DNA of 64,000 nt, taken from the NCBI RefSeq assembly GCF_009914755.1, contig NC_060929.1, one strand, 5' to 3'. Shown in pieces: positions 1 through 15,580 of this stretch. The DNA is from the human T2T-CHM13v2.0 reference genome, Homo sapiens. Numbering within the stretch: position 1 is the stretch's first letter; each line of letters opens with the position of its first letter. Both the position numbers and the translations under genes were made by a program. The notes beneath the pieces are model-generated. The model had not been told where the DNA came from and did no database searches. It was given only the letters and a program-made list of their open reading frames with translations.

Positions 1-110
1 GGTGGCTTAACTCCTGTAACCCCAGCACTTTGGGAGGTTAAGGTGAGAGTATCCCTTGAGCCCAGGAATTCAAGACCAGCCTAGGCGGCATAGCAAGACC
101 CAGTATCTAT
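1..110 (+). mobile_element. FLAM/Alu left-monomer fragment
   Basis: ggtggct..cctgtaaccccagcactttgggagg..ttgagcccaggaattcaagacc. Confidence 0.85.
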
Positions 111-1182
111 TTTATTTTATTTTGTATAGAGACAGAGCATTGGGTGAGCAAACAGTAAGATTTTTAGGGTAAGAGAAGCTGTTCGGCTGTGAGGCAAAAG
201 CAGGTGGACAATTCCCTTCAGAACCTTCATTCTTCTGGCAAAGCCAAGTTTTGGAGCTTGTTACAAAACTTAAACCCCAGCCCAGACTGATCCCTTGTGA
301 CCTCATATCTGTCAGGACACTCATCATGTGGCTTCTTGGATCACTGTTGGTTCCTGGTGCTGGAGATTAGACTGGTGGGTAAAGGGAGAGTACCTCCTGC
401 ACCTCTCTTCTGGCTGCTGTTTGTGTGTGTAATTGAAACTACCTGCTCTTGTAAACCAATTAAGTCCTGTCTATACAAGTGAGACCCTGCACTGGGGTTT
501 GGAGACCTGGGTTCCTTCCTGGCAGTCTCACTCATTGGCAGCTCAGTTCTTAAACATTAATCTGCCATGAGCAATTGCACAGGAAGCATACAACTGCAGG
601 TGTTCAATTTATGCCCACCTTCTTAAATTAATTTCTGGAGTTTATAGAGGGAGTCAAGAATCTGCATTTCTCCCAAGCCAGCCCCTCTTCCCAGATGCTC
701 TGTAGACCACAGAAGTGGTATTGCAAGCCTGCTAGCTCACTGATCTACAGTTTCTACAAATGTGAAGTGAGTGTTTTTCAAACTACCTTCTGCTCAGGAA
801 CTCCTGCTGAATGGGAGTCACTCAGTTTAGTAACATTTCTTTTGGAACAGCTCTGCTATTTTTCTTTTCAAGTAATTTAAGTGTTTAATACATACTAAGG
901 AATATAAATCTAAAATAAATATCAAAACAACCCAAGTACAGTCTCGTGTCACTTAACAGGGATACATTCCGAGAAATGTGTCATTAGTTGATTTTGTCAT
1001 CGTATGAACCTAGAGTGTACGTACACAAACAAATGGCACAACGTACTATGGACTTAGGTTGTATAGTATAGCCTGTTGCTCCTGGGCTACAAACCTGTGT
1101 AGCATGTTCCTATACTGAATACTGTAGGAGTTGTAATACAATGGTAAGTATTTGTGTATCTAAACATAGAAAAAGTATTGTA

Positions 1183-1543
<361 letters not shown>

Positions 1544-1609
1544 TCATACCCCCTGCTTCACTTTACTAGCCTTAAAATATTTTTAAAGATTTTTTAAAAT
1601 GGCACACTG

Positions 1610-1822
1610 ACTATAGTCAGCAATAATTTATTGTACATTTAAAAATAACAAAGTGTAACTGAATTGTTTGTAACACAAAGAAAGGATAAATGCTGGAGAT
1701 GATGGATACCCCATTTACCCTGATGTGATTATTATACCGTATCAAAGTATCTCAACTACCCCATAAATATGTAAACCTACTATGTACCTACACAAATTAA
1801 AAATTAAAAAAATATATATAAT
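1610..1822 (+). mobile_element. L1MA-type 3' end fragment
   Basis: ataatttattgtacatttaaaaataac...gatggataccccatttaccctgatgtgattatt; TSD aaa(a/g)tggcacactg at 1596-1609 and 1823-1836. Confidence 0.8.
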
Positions 1823-1943
1823 AAAGTGGCACACTGGTATAGGGCAGCTCTATTATAATCTTACGGGACCAACTGTCATATTTGTGGATGGAGATGTCAT
1901 TATTTGGCTCATGACTATACTTACTGCTGGTTTAAGAAGTGCA

Positions 1944-2240
1944 GGATGGGTGCGGTGACTCACGCCTGTAATCCCAGCACTTTGGGAGGCCGAGGCAGGC
2001 GGATCACAAGTTCAGGAGATCGAGACCATCCTGGCTAACACGGTGAAACCCCGTCTCTATTAAAAATACAAAAATTAGCTGGGCGTGGTGGTGGGCGCCT
2101 GTAGTCCCAGCTACTCGGGAGGCTGAGGCAGGAGAATGGCGTGAACCCAGGAGTTAGAGCTTGCAGTGAGCCGAGATCGCGCTGCTGCACTCTAGCCTGG
2201 GCCACAGAGCGAGACTCCGTCTAAAAAAAAAAAAAAAAAA
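1944..2240 (+). mobile_element. AluY/Sc-like element
   Basis: Full dimer, gagatcgagaccatcctggctaacacgg, A-tail, TSD ...aagtgca. Confidence 0.95.
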
Positions 2241-2783
2241 AGTGCAGCTCTGATTTAAAAATATTAAATATGGTATTGTGGTTTTGGGTACCCCTGTCAG
2301 TTTAACAGTTGAAACTCATTAGGTTACATCAAAATAACTGTTAAGTATGTACAGAGAAAACCTACCTTAGAATTACCTAGCAGATTCCTGACTCCACCAT
2401 TGCTGAGCAAAAAATCTCTGAAGGATGGGACCCAGGAATCTACGTTTTGACAAGCTCCTCACATGATAATTCGAATGCATGCCAAAAATCTTAATAGCTT
2501 ATCCTGGAAAGCCGGCTGCATTTATGGAGATCAATGGGTATAAGGACAAAATCACAAGATGTTAGAACTGGAAGGACTGTGGATGATAGGATTCTGCCCA
2601 CCCCTACCACAGGCCTCTGAATAGAGAGACTGAAGACACTGGAGGGTAGTTCTTGCCAAGCATCCATAGCAAGAGCTCTGGTGTCTGCGCCAGGACTGTC
2701 AACCAGTCTCTTGACTTCTAGCCCAGGGCTCTGGTCACTCTTCCACTTTCAGTTTGGAACATGGGGCAATAGTCTTTCCTAAC

Positions 2784-2976
2784 TATGGTGTCCAGTTCTA
2801 ACAAACTAAAAATACAGGGGACACCCAGTTAAATTTGAATTTTAGATAAATCAAATATTTAGTATAAGTATGTCCCAGTATTGCATGGGACATATTTAGT
2901 CTATAAAATTACTGTTTATCTGAAATTTAGATTTAACAGAGTGTCCTGAATTGCTATTTGCTAAATCTGGCAACCA
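2784..2976. mobile_element. MER53-like palindromic MITE
   Basis: cccagttaaatttgaattttagataaa / tttatctgaaatttagatttaac arms around a central tatgtccca..tgggacata inverted repeat; ends gctaaatctggcaacc. Confidence 0.75.
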
Positions 2977-3468
2977 TATTCTCTCCCCGCTTACCCCACC
3001 TTTTTTTGGGCACCAGTCAGGTTCAAGAATTGCCCCAAAGAAATGAAAAATAATTACCATGCATTTATGGTACTATTACTTCATTTAATCTGTTAATCCT
3101 GTGAGCTAGCTGTCATGGACCCCATTAATAGTTCAGGAAAGTGAGAGGTTAAGTCTGACTCCTGGGATCATCTCGGTAAGCTGTCATTTTGCCTCCTCAT
3201 GAACCTAGTTGCTTGGCTCTCATTGATGTGTGGCCCAGTTAATGCCTATCAAGTTACAAGCTACATGAGAGATTGCTCAGTTTTGACTCATCTGCCCCTG
3301 GCCTTGTGAGTTACTTAATTGATGATGGCTCTTGGTTAGTACATCCAAGAATGGACTCCAAAGTCCACGCTGTTAACTGCTGCTCTAACCTGTCTCTTAA
3401 CTCCGTGGCATAGTAAATTGTTGGTAGGGTGGCTTTGGGGTAGGGGTCGGACCCCCTCTACATTCTCT

Positions 3469-3771
<303 letters not shown>

Positions 3772-4712
3772 CCCCTCTACATTCTCTAAAGGGGTGTGCT
3801 GGTGCCTTGAGAGCATCCGTGTGCAGGGGTGGGGAGTCTGCAGGTGGGGCAGCACCCTGGCTGCTGAGCCTGTCCTGTCTCCATGTTCATAGCATCCCAG
3901 GGCTTAACTCTTTCCCAGTTGGGTTGTAGCATATGACACTGAAGGAGCCTGTAGGCCATCCTGAACTCACCGAGAGAGGCAAATTAGCAGCTCCTGGGAA
4001 GCAAGGCTGCCTGGCCAGGCTGGCCTGGATTGGGGGAACTAGTTGCTACTCGAGAACTCCAGCTTCCTATCTGCTTTTGGGATGACCCTCCCTGGAAAGT
4101 CCCTCCCACTGCTGTGGAATTTTCAGGCTACCAAATGTGCCCAGCCTGCCTCTCAGGACAGACAGACAGTGAGAAAAAGATCTCCAGGGCCCACTAAGTC
4201 TTCCAGAGGGAGCTGAGACATTCAGCCTTCCCTGGCAGGGCTCAAAGAGGAAAAAAGGGATTGGAAATGGGGCCCCTCTCAGAGCCACTTCAAAGCACCC
4301 TCCCCTGTGGTCATGTGTTTCAGTTCCATGTGAGTAGTTTTTCTTGACAGTATCGGTAATTTTGGGGAACAGTTCCTGTGACACTTTGGGTCCCTAAGGC
4401 CCTGCCCTGACCCTGTGAGTGGATATAGTTGGGCACAGAGTGTATTTTGTTGAGGAGCAGATATTGGCTTCCTGGTTTGCCAAAGAGCTCTAGATTGGGA
4501 GACAAGAACTTGATGTTCCAGTGCCAGCTCTACAGCAAATCACTGGTGACTTTGGCCTCTCCTGGTCCTCAGTTTTTCTGTATGTACAATGAGATTCTCA
4601 AGTCTTTCCAGCCCTGACTTGGTCTGGGATCACCCTCTCCACTCCAATAATGGGAATAATCCAAAGTAATTTTTTGGGGATTCAGAAGCCTCTTCCAACA
4701 AAGGATGCCCTA

Positions 4713-5046
<334 letters not shown>

Positions 5047-5287
5047 TGAGTTTGTGTTACCTGAGGTGGTGGCTGACCACCAAGGACAGGAAGAAAACCT
5101 CTGAGCTTGGCAGCCTCCCACATCAGGGTAATGGAGTCAGGTGTGCGTGTAGTTGTGTGTGCCTAGCAACCTGTCTGAGACGATTGGCTTCTGAAGTCCA
5201 GGGCCTAGGAAAGCCCAAGGGAGCCCCGCAAGCTGATTGTGCATAGCTCATTTGTTTAACTGGGAATCATCATCATACCTACCTTCT

Positions 5288-5585
<298 letters not shown>

Positions 5586-5639
5586 TAAATGAGCTACTAC
5601 ATGTAAAAAACTTTGGCATCATGCAAAGACATTGTAAGG

Positions 5640-5831
5640 CAAGCTTGTCCAAAGGACGGCTTTGAATGCGTCCTGACACAAATTTGTACTTTCTTAAAAC
5701 ATTGAGATTTTCTTGCAATTTTTGTTTTTTAGGTTCATCAGCTATCATTAGTGTTAGTGTGTTTTACGTGTGGCCCAAGACATTAATTCTTCCATTGTGG
5801 CTCAGGGAAGGCAAAAGATTGGACACCTCTG
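5640..5831 (-). mobile_element. MER30 hAT MITE (internally deleted)
   Basis: caagcttgtccaa...ggcaaaagattggacacc termini and internal MER30-like sequence. Confidence 0.75.
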
Positions 5832-7509
5832 TAGTAAGCTCTCAGTAATTGATTGCAGTCTAGTGGAGTTGAGATACACACAGATGCAACCATTTCAGGC
5901 GGTAGTGAGTACCCTGAAGATCTTAAATTGTAGACTGAGTTAGAACTTGATCCAGAGTTGCTGGTTTTGTGGCACTTTACATTGGGCAGTCAGGAAGCCT
6001 CCTGAGGAGAATTTATATTGAGATCTATGACTAGATCTGAGGAGTCAGTCATCTTGCTCTTCAACATTGTGACCTTGGGCGAGTCCCTTCCTTCAGTTTC
6101 ATTTTCTGGACAACTGGAATAATTGTGTCTTTTTGAGATAATTAAGTAAAATCATACACAGCAACTTAGGTCAGTTTTTGGTACCTAGTCTTTATGCAGT
6201 AAAAGGTGATTATTATTACTGTTCTAACTAGAACCAAATGTGCTCTTTAGAAAAGGCTGGGTTAGGGAGCTGGCACTTGGAGGCCAGGAGCTTTAGTGGC
6301 CGCTGATATATTTCAGCTGTGTTGATTATTGATCAGCTTTGAAGCAAGATTTCAGGGACTGGTACCAGCAGTGGGAGTGGCCACAGCCACCCGAGGGTGG
6401 CTGGGTCCACATCTGGGCGGGGAGAGTGGGAGCACTGGGCCACCTGGGTCACCACAGGCTAAAGATAGTCAGCTGGGGCTGGGCCTGGGCTGGGCCAGGC
6501 TGGCCAGCATCATGTGACTGGAGCCTGGCCCACCCTTGCTCCTCCTCCCGGGCCAAGGGGATGCAGACTCTGCATTCCTGAGCTGACTGGTGGTCTGCAG
6601 CTTCCTTTCAGTGGGAACTCAAGATGATCTGACCTGAACATTTCTCTCCTTCCCTTTCTCTGCCCACTCCTCTCCCTAAGAATGCCCTTCCAGCCCCTCC
6701 TGCATTTCATCCGCAGGTCTAGGGAAATTTGGGTGGGAGGACTGGGCAGAGAGGCCTCTGAGAGATGGTACCGACAGCAGCAGCTGGTGACCAAGGTGAG
6801 GAGGGCTAACATGGCATTCTCTTTACTCCATAGAAGAATGTTCCTGCTTAGGGGGTCCTGGGGTCAGTCAGTATGGGAGGAAAGGCCTGTGGGTCTCCAG
6901 GCTCCCCTCTATGACTCCACCCCATCCCCAGGATGAATGACAGCTGAAAGTAGCCAGGCTTTTCAGTTAATCTGTCCCCAGGCTGGCCTGGGAGGGACAG
7001 GCACAGGTGGGTAGTATAACCCAGGCACTCTTTCCTGCCTGCCTCACCCTCCCTTCAGATGGTATTGCTGCCTTCCACAGTCAGGGTCCCTGGACACAGG
7101 CTTAGGGAGATAGTGGTGGCCTTCCTTATATCTGGGGGCTGAGGGTGGGGCACAATCCATGTCAGCTGGATCCCCCTGAGCAGCCTCTGGGAGAACTGAG
7201 AGGAACTGGGAGGTGGGTCTGGAAGGAATGTCTCTTTCTTCATAGTGCTGCCAGTGCCAGAGTGCTGGAGTTAGACTCAAACTGGGTGTGCTTGGTGGTA
7301 GTTTCCCTTGCCTCTCTGGGTAGGGAAACTAGGCACTTCCAACCACCGAGGTGCCACTTGTCCAGCTGTTAGCTTAGGCTTCCCTGCAACAGGCTTTGGT
7401 TTTCCCCAGTATGTAGAATGATGCCCAGGCATCCCTGCTATTGAGAAACTGTCCTGTTGGCTACAATAAGGTTGTAACTTATACCCCTTAGCTTCTCTTC
7501 CACCTCCTT

Positions 7510-7740
7510 TTAGTGGTTAAGAGCACAGGTTTTAGAGTCAGACTGCTTGGCTCCAAATCCTGTTCCTCTCTTTGCTGGCTGTTATCTTGGCAAATAACCT
7601 TTCCACCATGTGTCTTGGGTTCCTCGTTTTAAAATGGGACCAATGAAAGAAACTAATTCAACACGATCAAGATTAAGAGAATCCATGCCCAGAGTTTAGA
7701 ACAGTGTGTGGTATCTAGTAAATGCTCACTACATATTATT
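7510..7740 (+). mobile_element. MIR SINE
   Basis: gtggttaagagcacagg..agtcagactgc..ggtttcctc..aaaatggg..gtaaatgctca. Confidence 0.75.
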
Positions 7741-9994
7741 TACACGTGTAATTCGTGCATCTGCGATTTGCTGCTAGCATTTCTTGTGCTTTGGTGAGAA
7801 ATCTCAGTGGTTGAGATCTGTCTTTCTGTTCTCACACCTGTAGACCCAATATTAGTAAGGAGGGTGACGCTGGGGTAGAATGGTAGGTAATGCTCCCAAG
7901 GGTTATACAACTGGTGAGTGTTGCATTCTGGACTGAGGCGCAGCACTGATATCAGGCAGTTGGGTTGCCTGTGAGTCAAAGCTGGGCTAGGGCCTGCGTT
8001 CCTCTGGGAGCCAGCAGTTTCTAGGACACTAGCAATTTCTCTGTATTTGGGAGGGCCCCAGCTGAAGGCTAAGGGTTGAGGCTATAACCTCAGGAATTAG
8101 CACTTGACAAGCAAAGCCTCTTCTGGTGTGAAGTCGCTATTCATTAAACAAGTGTCTGCTGTGTTGCCAGGCCCTGAGCTAGACACTGGGGTACTGCTGT
8201 GAAAGCAGCCCTGTGGTCCCTGCCCCCAGGGGAGGGGCAGATAAGTAACCAGCCCATTTAACATTTACAATACCGTGGGAGCACATAGCAGGGTGCTTCA
8301 CCACACTTGAGGTCTGGGAGGTCTACCCGAAGGAGGTCGACCTAACGGCCAAGTGTATGGTAGCAGATGGGTGAGTGTGAATGTAATACAGCCCCTAAAC
8401 CCAACAGATTACCTTGTTCTCAAGGTAGTAGTTCTTAGCTCTCTGGTAAACAGCCTTTTCAGATGCCAATCTCCAGGAGATGATACCAGTCCCCAAATAA
8501 GCATTTGGTCTTCCTAATTTTCCTGGCAGTGTTCAGGCCTGAAATCTGGTAGTCCTTCTAGTCACCCACTCTGGGTCCTGAAGGCTTTCTTTGAATAGCT
8601 CAGCCTTTTCTCACCTTTCATGCACAGGTCCCTCAGTTTTAATTCTAGCTTCTCTCTGCCTCTTACCAGATCTTTTTACTGTGACCTGATGAGTTTGAAT
8701 CACCCATGTGCTTTCTACCTGTTGGTTGAACCAAGTTCTTGCTCCTCAGACCTTCACATCTGGAACCTCTGGGTAGTTTTTGTTTCAAAGGTCGGCAGCC
8801 TTAGGATCTTTTGAGAAGAAGACAATAGTGAAAACACTTTTAAATCTTTTTATCTGGCTGTGTACTGGCCAGGGTTATGGGTTTAGTAGGCTGAGAGAGA
8901 CTCCTTGAGCCTGGCCTGTTTTCCTTTTCTGTTCTGAGTAAAAAGTGGAATGACTGAATTTCAACTGAAAGGGAACTCTTGTCAGCCTTCGCCATGTTCT
9001 TCCTTCCTCCCTAACAAAGCAGGGCTTTATGTCAAAGCACCCCTGGGGGACCTGTGATAAATTCCCCCATCTGTCTTTCCTCATTTTAAACTACAAAGTT
9101 TGGAAGCCTTCCTCTTTCCTGGGGAAACTTGCCCTGGGGCCCAGGTGCCTCCTGTCTCTGAAGGGCAATGTGGTGGTGTGGTATCCCCATCCAGTGGGCA
9201 TGGATTACCGCTCAGAAGAGCCAGGTGAGGTGGGTGGCCTCATTTGCAGTCTGGACTGTATGAATTGAACCAATTAATCACCCCAAGAGTTTTTCCCGTA
9301 CATTCTGATTCTTTCATTTTGAGAGATGATTTGGTGTATCTCCCCCCATCCCCATCTCTATCTCAGAGTGAGGGTGGCGATTGCTTGGAAATAGTAAGCT
9401 TCCTTTGTGAATTGTAATATTAGCATTTGTTGGGCATTTATTGTGTGCTAGGTACTCTTAGTATGCTCTGTTTGTTTAACTGTTCCAGCAGCCATGTAAC
9501 TATGACTTCAATTTTACAGAGGAAGGTGAAGTTCAGAGGGACCCTGTGAGGAGCAGAGTAGGTAGGGACTCCACCCTAAGTCCATCCCATAGCAAAGTCC
9601 ATGTGCTTAATGGGGCCCTCTGACTTTCCTAGGTGGTCTTTGAATGAGGGGGTGTTAGACACACTTGAAAATAGAGGCTTAAAGAATCTCGGGGTTAGAC
9701 ATTCGAGGTCGTGTGGTCATTAACCACTCCACTTTACAGAGGAGCCGCCATCCCTATTCCAACCATCCCAGTTAGTAATTCCTCTCTGCCCTGCCATTCC
9801 TCAGCACCCACCTTCTACCCCTCATTTCTCTTCATCCTTCATTAGCAGTAGTAGCATCAGCTCCCTGCTCCTTGACACTCAAAATAACCTTAAGTAATCC
9901 AAGTGAAAATAGTGGGTTTGCCATGCAGATAGTTGCCAGAAAAGTCCTCTAGTGTTCTCAACACCACCATATTCAGATTGCTTCTTGCACATAG

Positions 9995-10303
<309 letters not shown>

Positions 10304-10845
10304 TGGTATGCTTCATTTTTAACAAAGGCTTGTGTGTATTTAAGAAGCCCCCGGACCCCCTGGAACTAGAATTACCAGAATTAGTACTGGCTCCTGGCTA
10401 TGGTCCTCTGGGACAGAAGGTGGTTTTCCTTCTCTTCCAGATACCCTTTAGGGCTGGTTTGCCTTAGTTGAGGAAGAAGACCCTCCTAGGGACTCTGTCT
10501 GCCATCCACCCTGCTACAGTCTGGGCCTCGGAGACCTGTGGACAGATAAGCTGCTGGGCCCAGTCATCAGTAACTGTTTACTCAGAAAAACAAGGGAAGT
10601 GCTCTAAGATTACACTAAGAAGGCTTTTGACCCATTCCTCGCCAGTAGACACATGGAAACCATTGGGCTCCATGGAATTTCTGGTGAGCTGTTGAGGAGC
10701 TCTGGCAAGGGAGTCAAGACCTACAGCTTTCATCCTGGCTCTGCAGCTAGTCTTGAGGAAGCCCCTTCCCTTTTTCTGGCCTCAGTTCCCTGTCTACAAG
10801 TTGAGTGGATTAGAACTATGGTCCCTTCATTCTATGATTGTTTTC

Positions 10846-11141
10846 TTTTTTTTTTTTTTGGGATGGAATTTTGCTCTTGTTGCCCAGGCTGGAGCACAAT
10901 GGTGCAATCTCTGCTCACCACAACCTCCTGCCTCCTGGGTTCAAGTGATTCTCCCACCTCAGCCTCCCAAGTAGCTGGAATTACAGGCATGTGCCACCAC
11001 ACCTAGCTAATTTTGTAATTTTAGTAGAGATGGGGTTTCTCCATGTTGCTCAGGCTGGTCTCAAACTCCGAACCTCAGGTGATCCACCCACCTCGGCCTC
11101 CCAAAGTGCTGGGATTACAGGCGTGAGCCACCGTGTCTGGC
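10846..11141 (-). mobile_element. Alu (antisense)
   Basis: Poly-T plus Alu reverse complement. Confidence 0.95.
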
Positions 11142-12893
11142 TATAACTGTTTTCTTGACCAAGTGAATGGTGTTTCCTGACTGGGCGTTGGGTCAGTGGC
11201 AGCAGGCATGCAGGTTTCAGAATGCAGGGGTAGAAGGAGGAGAATTATCCCCTGATTTGGCTGGGATGGTGCTGGACATGGGGATTGGTGCCTGTGCAAA
11301 GGATTGGTTTGCATTGGCGGCCATTACAGATGCCAGGCCCAGCTGAACCTGTATATTCTGTGTGTGCTTGTGTGTACCTGTGTGCACGTGTGCACACGTG
11401 CTCCAGTGGTTACCTGGTGAGGGTTGGTGGCTGAGATGGATAATTGAATTCATCAGAAAGCCTAGTCGTCTTTCTGGTCTCTTGCAGGGCCTGACAGCAG
11501 CTCATCTGAGCCATTCTGGGTTTCCTTGAAGCCCAGTAGTATTTTAACAAATCTATGAATTTTAGATTTTAAAGGCAGAAGTGGCTCTTGCTCCCCATTG
11601 GCTTTTTCTGCCTTTCTGGGGGTTTTTTTCTCCTTGTCAGGGGCAACCTGAAGCCCTACCTGGGAGCAGAGAAAGAGCAGGGCACCGTGGGTTTTCAGGA
11701 CAGAGGAACCTGGGGATGGACCTTTTTCAACAAACTCACACAGGACTAATTTAAGAATATTCATGTGTATGCTCAGACTGTTTGTATTCTCATCAGCTTG
11801 GGATTGGTGGCAGACTAGGGAATCAGTGAGGTCTTTTCATGGCACTTTGATTGGAGACTGAGCTTTCAATACTTTACCATCTCCTTTTGTGATCAAACAA
11901 TGATCTGACTTTGCCTCACCTTTTTAAGGAAAAGTCTTCAGGAATACCTTGCCCTCTACCTGATTTCTCTTTATAACATCCTGTTAGTGAAGTTGGCGTT
12001 GGTGGTACACAGGCCCTTTGGCCTGCTCTCCTGGTAGCTTGCACACAGTGTTGCTGGGTACTGGGAGAAGTGATTACCAGCCATAGTGTAGGTATATATG
12101 AACCTGGTCCTGGTTTGACACAGAAGAAGATTTTGTCAGGGGACTAGATGGTATTAGGCTCATCCAGGCTAACCCAGGAGTCCCAGGAGTATGGGTGCAG
12201 AATGGCCCCTTGGGCCTAAGAACTCTATCCTCTTGGGATTGAGATTTTCTGGTTCACCATTGCCCTGCACTGGGGGTGTGGGATGCTGTTGGCTGGGTTC
12301 CACAGCTCCAGCTCTCAAAGGCATGTGGGGTATCTTGAGGGGGTAGTGGCTCCGGTAGGGGGTGGAAGCCAGGAGAGCAGTGGCCTCACAGTGAGGAGTC
12401 AGGCAAGGACACTCTCTACTCATTAAGGGAACATGGGTCTGATCAAGGAGTTAGAACATTCCTTTCCAAGCCAGCCGGGCAAATTTCTCTGCTGCTCGGG
12501 GTTTGGGGGCAGCTCTCGCCCTGGCATGGCTGGCCAACAGTACAGGCAAAGTGATAGGGGAGAAGTCGGTGAGCAGAGCCACAGGATGTATCTTTTCCTG
12601 TGGGTTTCTGGGGGAGGAAGGGGCACAGAAATTCTTGTTTTTCAGAATGGTGTTGGGAAAAGAAGTGTGGATGTAGAAGGGACTGGACCTACTAGAACAA
12701 CTTCCTTAAAAAAAAAAAAAATTAAGACATTTGTTTTTGATAAAAGCCCATGTCTGTCTTTGTTGAAAAACTGAAGTCCCTGTAAATGTTATGTTTAATT
12801 TCTGATAGTTCTTACATGTCGTTCTAGAGTTTGTACTGTATGTGTGTGCATGTGCACATTTTTGTTTTACAAGAAGGATTTTTAAAAAACTTT

Positions 12894-13524
<631 letters not shown>

Positions 13525-14288
13525 TAGTAGAGATCATTATCTTTTTCATAACTTTTCTAAAAATGGATGAACTTTAGTCAGTCCCCTATTTTGGGGTATA
13601 TAGTTTGTTTTCCATTTTTTGAAGTTATAAATAATATTTTAGTAGGACATCTCTGTACATAACTCTTGTCTAATTTGTATCATTAGGATAAATTCTTAGA
13701 GGTAGGACTGTTGAGTCAAGTGGGAGCCCACTTTTTCTTTGGAAGCTGAGAAGGCAGACAAAAATGTTTCCTGAGCAGCTGGCCCTGGTGTGGTCCCTAG
13801 ATTTTTTGATGGCTCACTTAGAGTTTTTACTTTGCCTTCCCAATGATCACTAGTCCTGGTCTGCTCACATCAAACTTCTAGAATGTTAGGGCCAGAAATG
13901 ATCTATCAGACATCTGCCATGATTCAGGAGCCCTGAGCTATAGTCCTGACTCTGGTGGCATGGACTTCTTTCTCCAGGCCTCAGTCTCTGTTACGGAACT
14001 GTACTCTCTGAGGGCCTCCCACCTGAGTCTGGACTTCTTGGGTTTTGGCTGCTGGCTGCTGGCTCCTGGCTCTTTGCATGATCGCGCTTTCTGTGACTTC
14101 TTCAGGAGTGGGCTGGTAAAATTGTTATTGGTGTTTGAGCACGTGTCTTTCCCCTCTCTACTGTGTCTTTCTCCTTTGGGAACTTGCAGGTTGCTAGGTG
14201 GAGTGGGGACGGTGATGAGGGTGAGGAGCTGGCAGTAGCCCCCTCACATGGGCTTTGCATTACTAACTCTCCCTTCTTGTTCCCACAG

Positions 14289-14350
14289 AACACTCTGCTC
14301 CAGCCAAGGTGGTGAGGGCAGCTGTTCCTAAACAGCGCAAAGGCAGCAAG
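14289..14350 (+). CDS. LARP1: LARP1 coding exon (exon 2): (E)HSAPAKVVRAAVPKQRKGSK
   Basis: cccacag acceptor and aag|gtaaag donor; 62 nt; entered in phase 1; peptide matches the recalled LARP1 N-terminal region. Confidence 0.93.
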
Positions 14351-14608
14351 GTAAAGAATAACAGTGGGCAACCCAAGGGGACTTTCTGGAGTTGGTGGCC
14401 TCTTTCCTGTTTTAGTGAATGCTCCTGGACTGCCAACTAGTTCTGGATTGTCTGTGAATTGCAGGGGAGCCCCTTCTAGGTATCCAGTGTGAATGGTCCT
14501 GGTGAACAGACTGATTTGGCCTCTGATCTCTTGGTGAAGCTTGGGTCGGGGGCTGAATAGCAAAGACAGGGTCACTCCTGGGGCCCTCATAGTGTATGTT
14601 CCCTGCAG

Positions 14609-14674
14609 GTTGGTGACTTTGGAGATGCAATCAATTGGCCCACACCTGGAGAGATAGCCCACAAGAGTGTTCAG
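14609..14674 (+). CDS. LARP1: LARP1 exon 3: VGDFGDAINWPTPGEIAHKSVQ
   Basis: ccctgcag acceptor, cag|gtgagt donor; 66 nt; NWPTP motif conserved in the LARP1 family. Confidence 0.95.
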
Positions 14675-14731
14675 GTGAGTCTGTGTGGAAGAATAGGCAG
14701 GTTTGAAGTCTCTTGACATACACACATTTAG

Positions 14732-15471
<740 letters not shown>

Positions 15472-15580
15472 CCCCTAGCCTCTGTTTTCTAAACTTAGTG
15501 GTTAATAGAATCTGAGCAACATTGAAATAGCTAAGAACTGTCATCATTTAAACCTTTGCTTTGTTAGAGACTGCCAAGTA

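Noticed and set aside
14102-14725. 207-aa minus-strand ORF, the longest in the track
   Set aside because: Antisense to LARP1 exons 2-3 and their intron; no recognisable domain; non-ATG start
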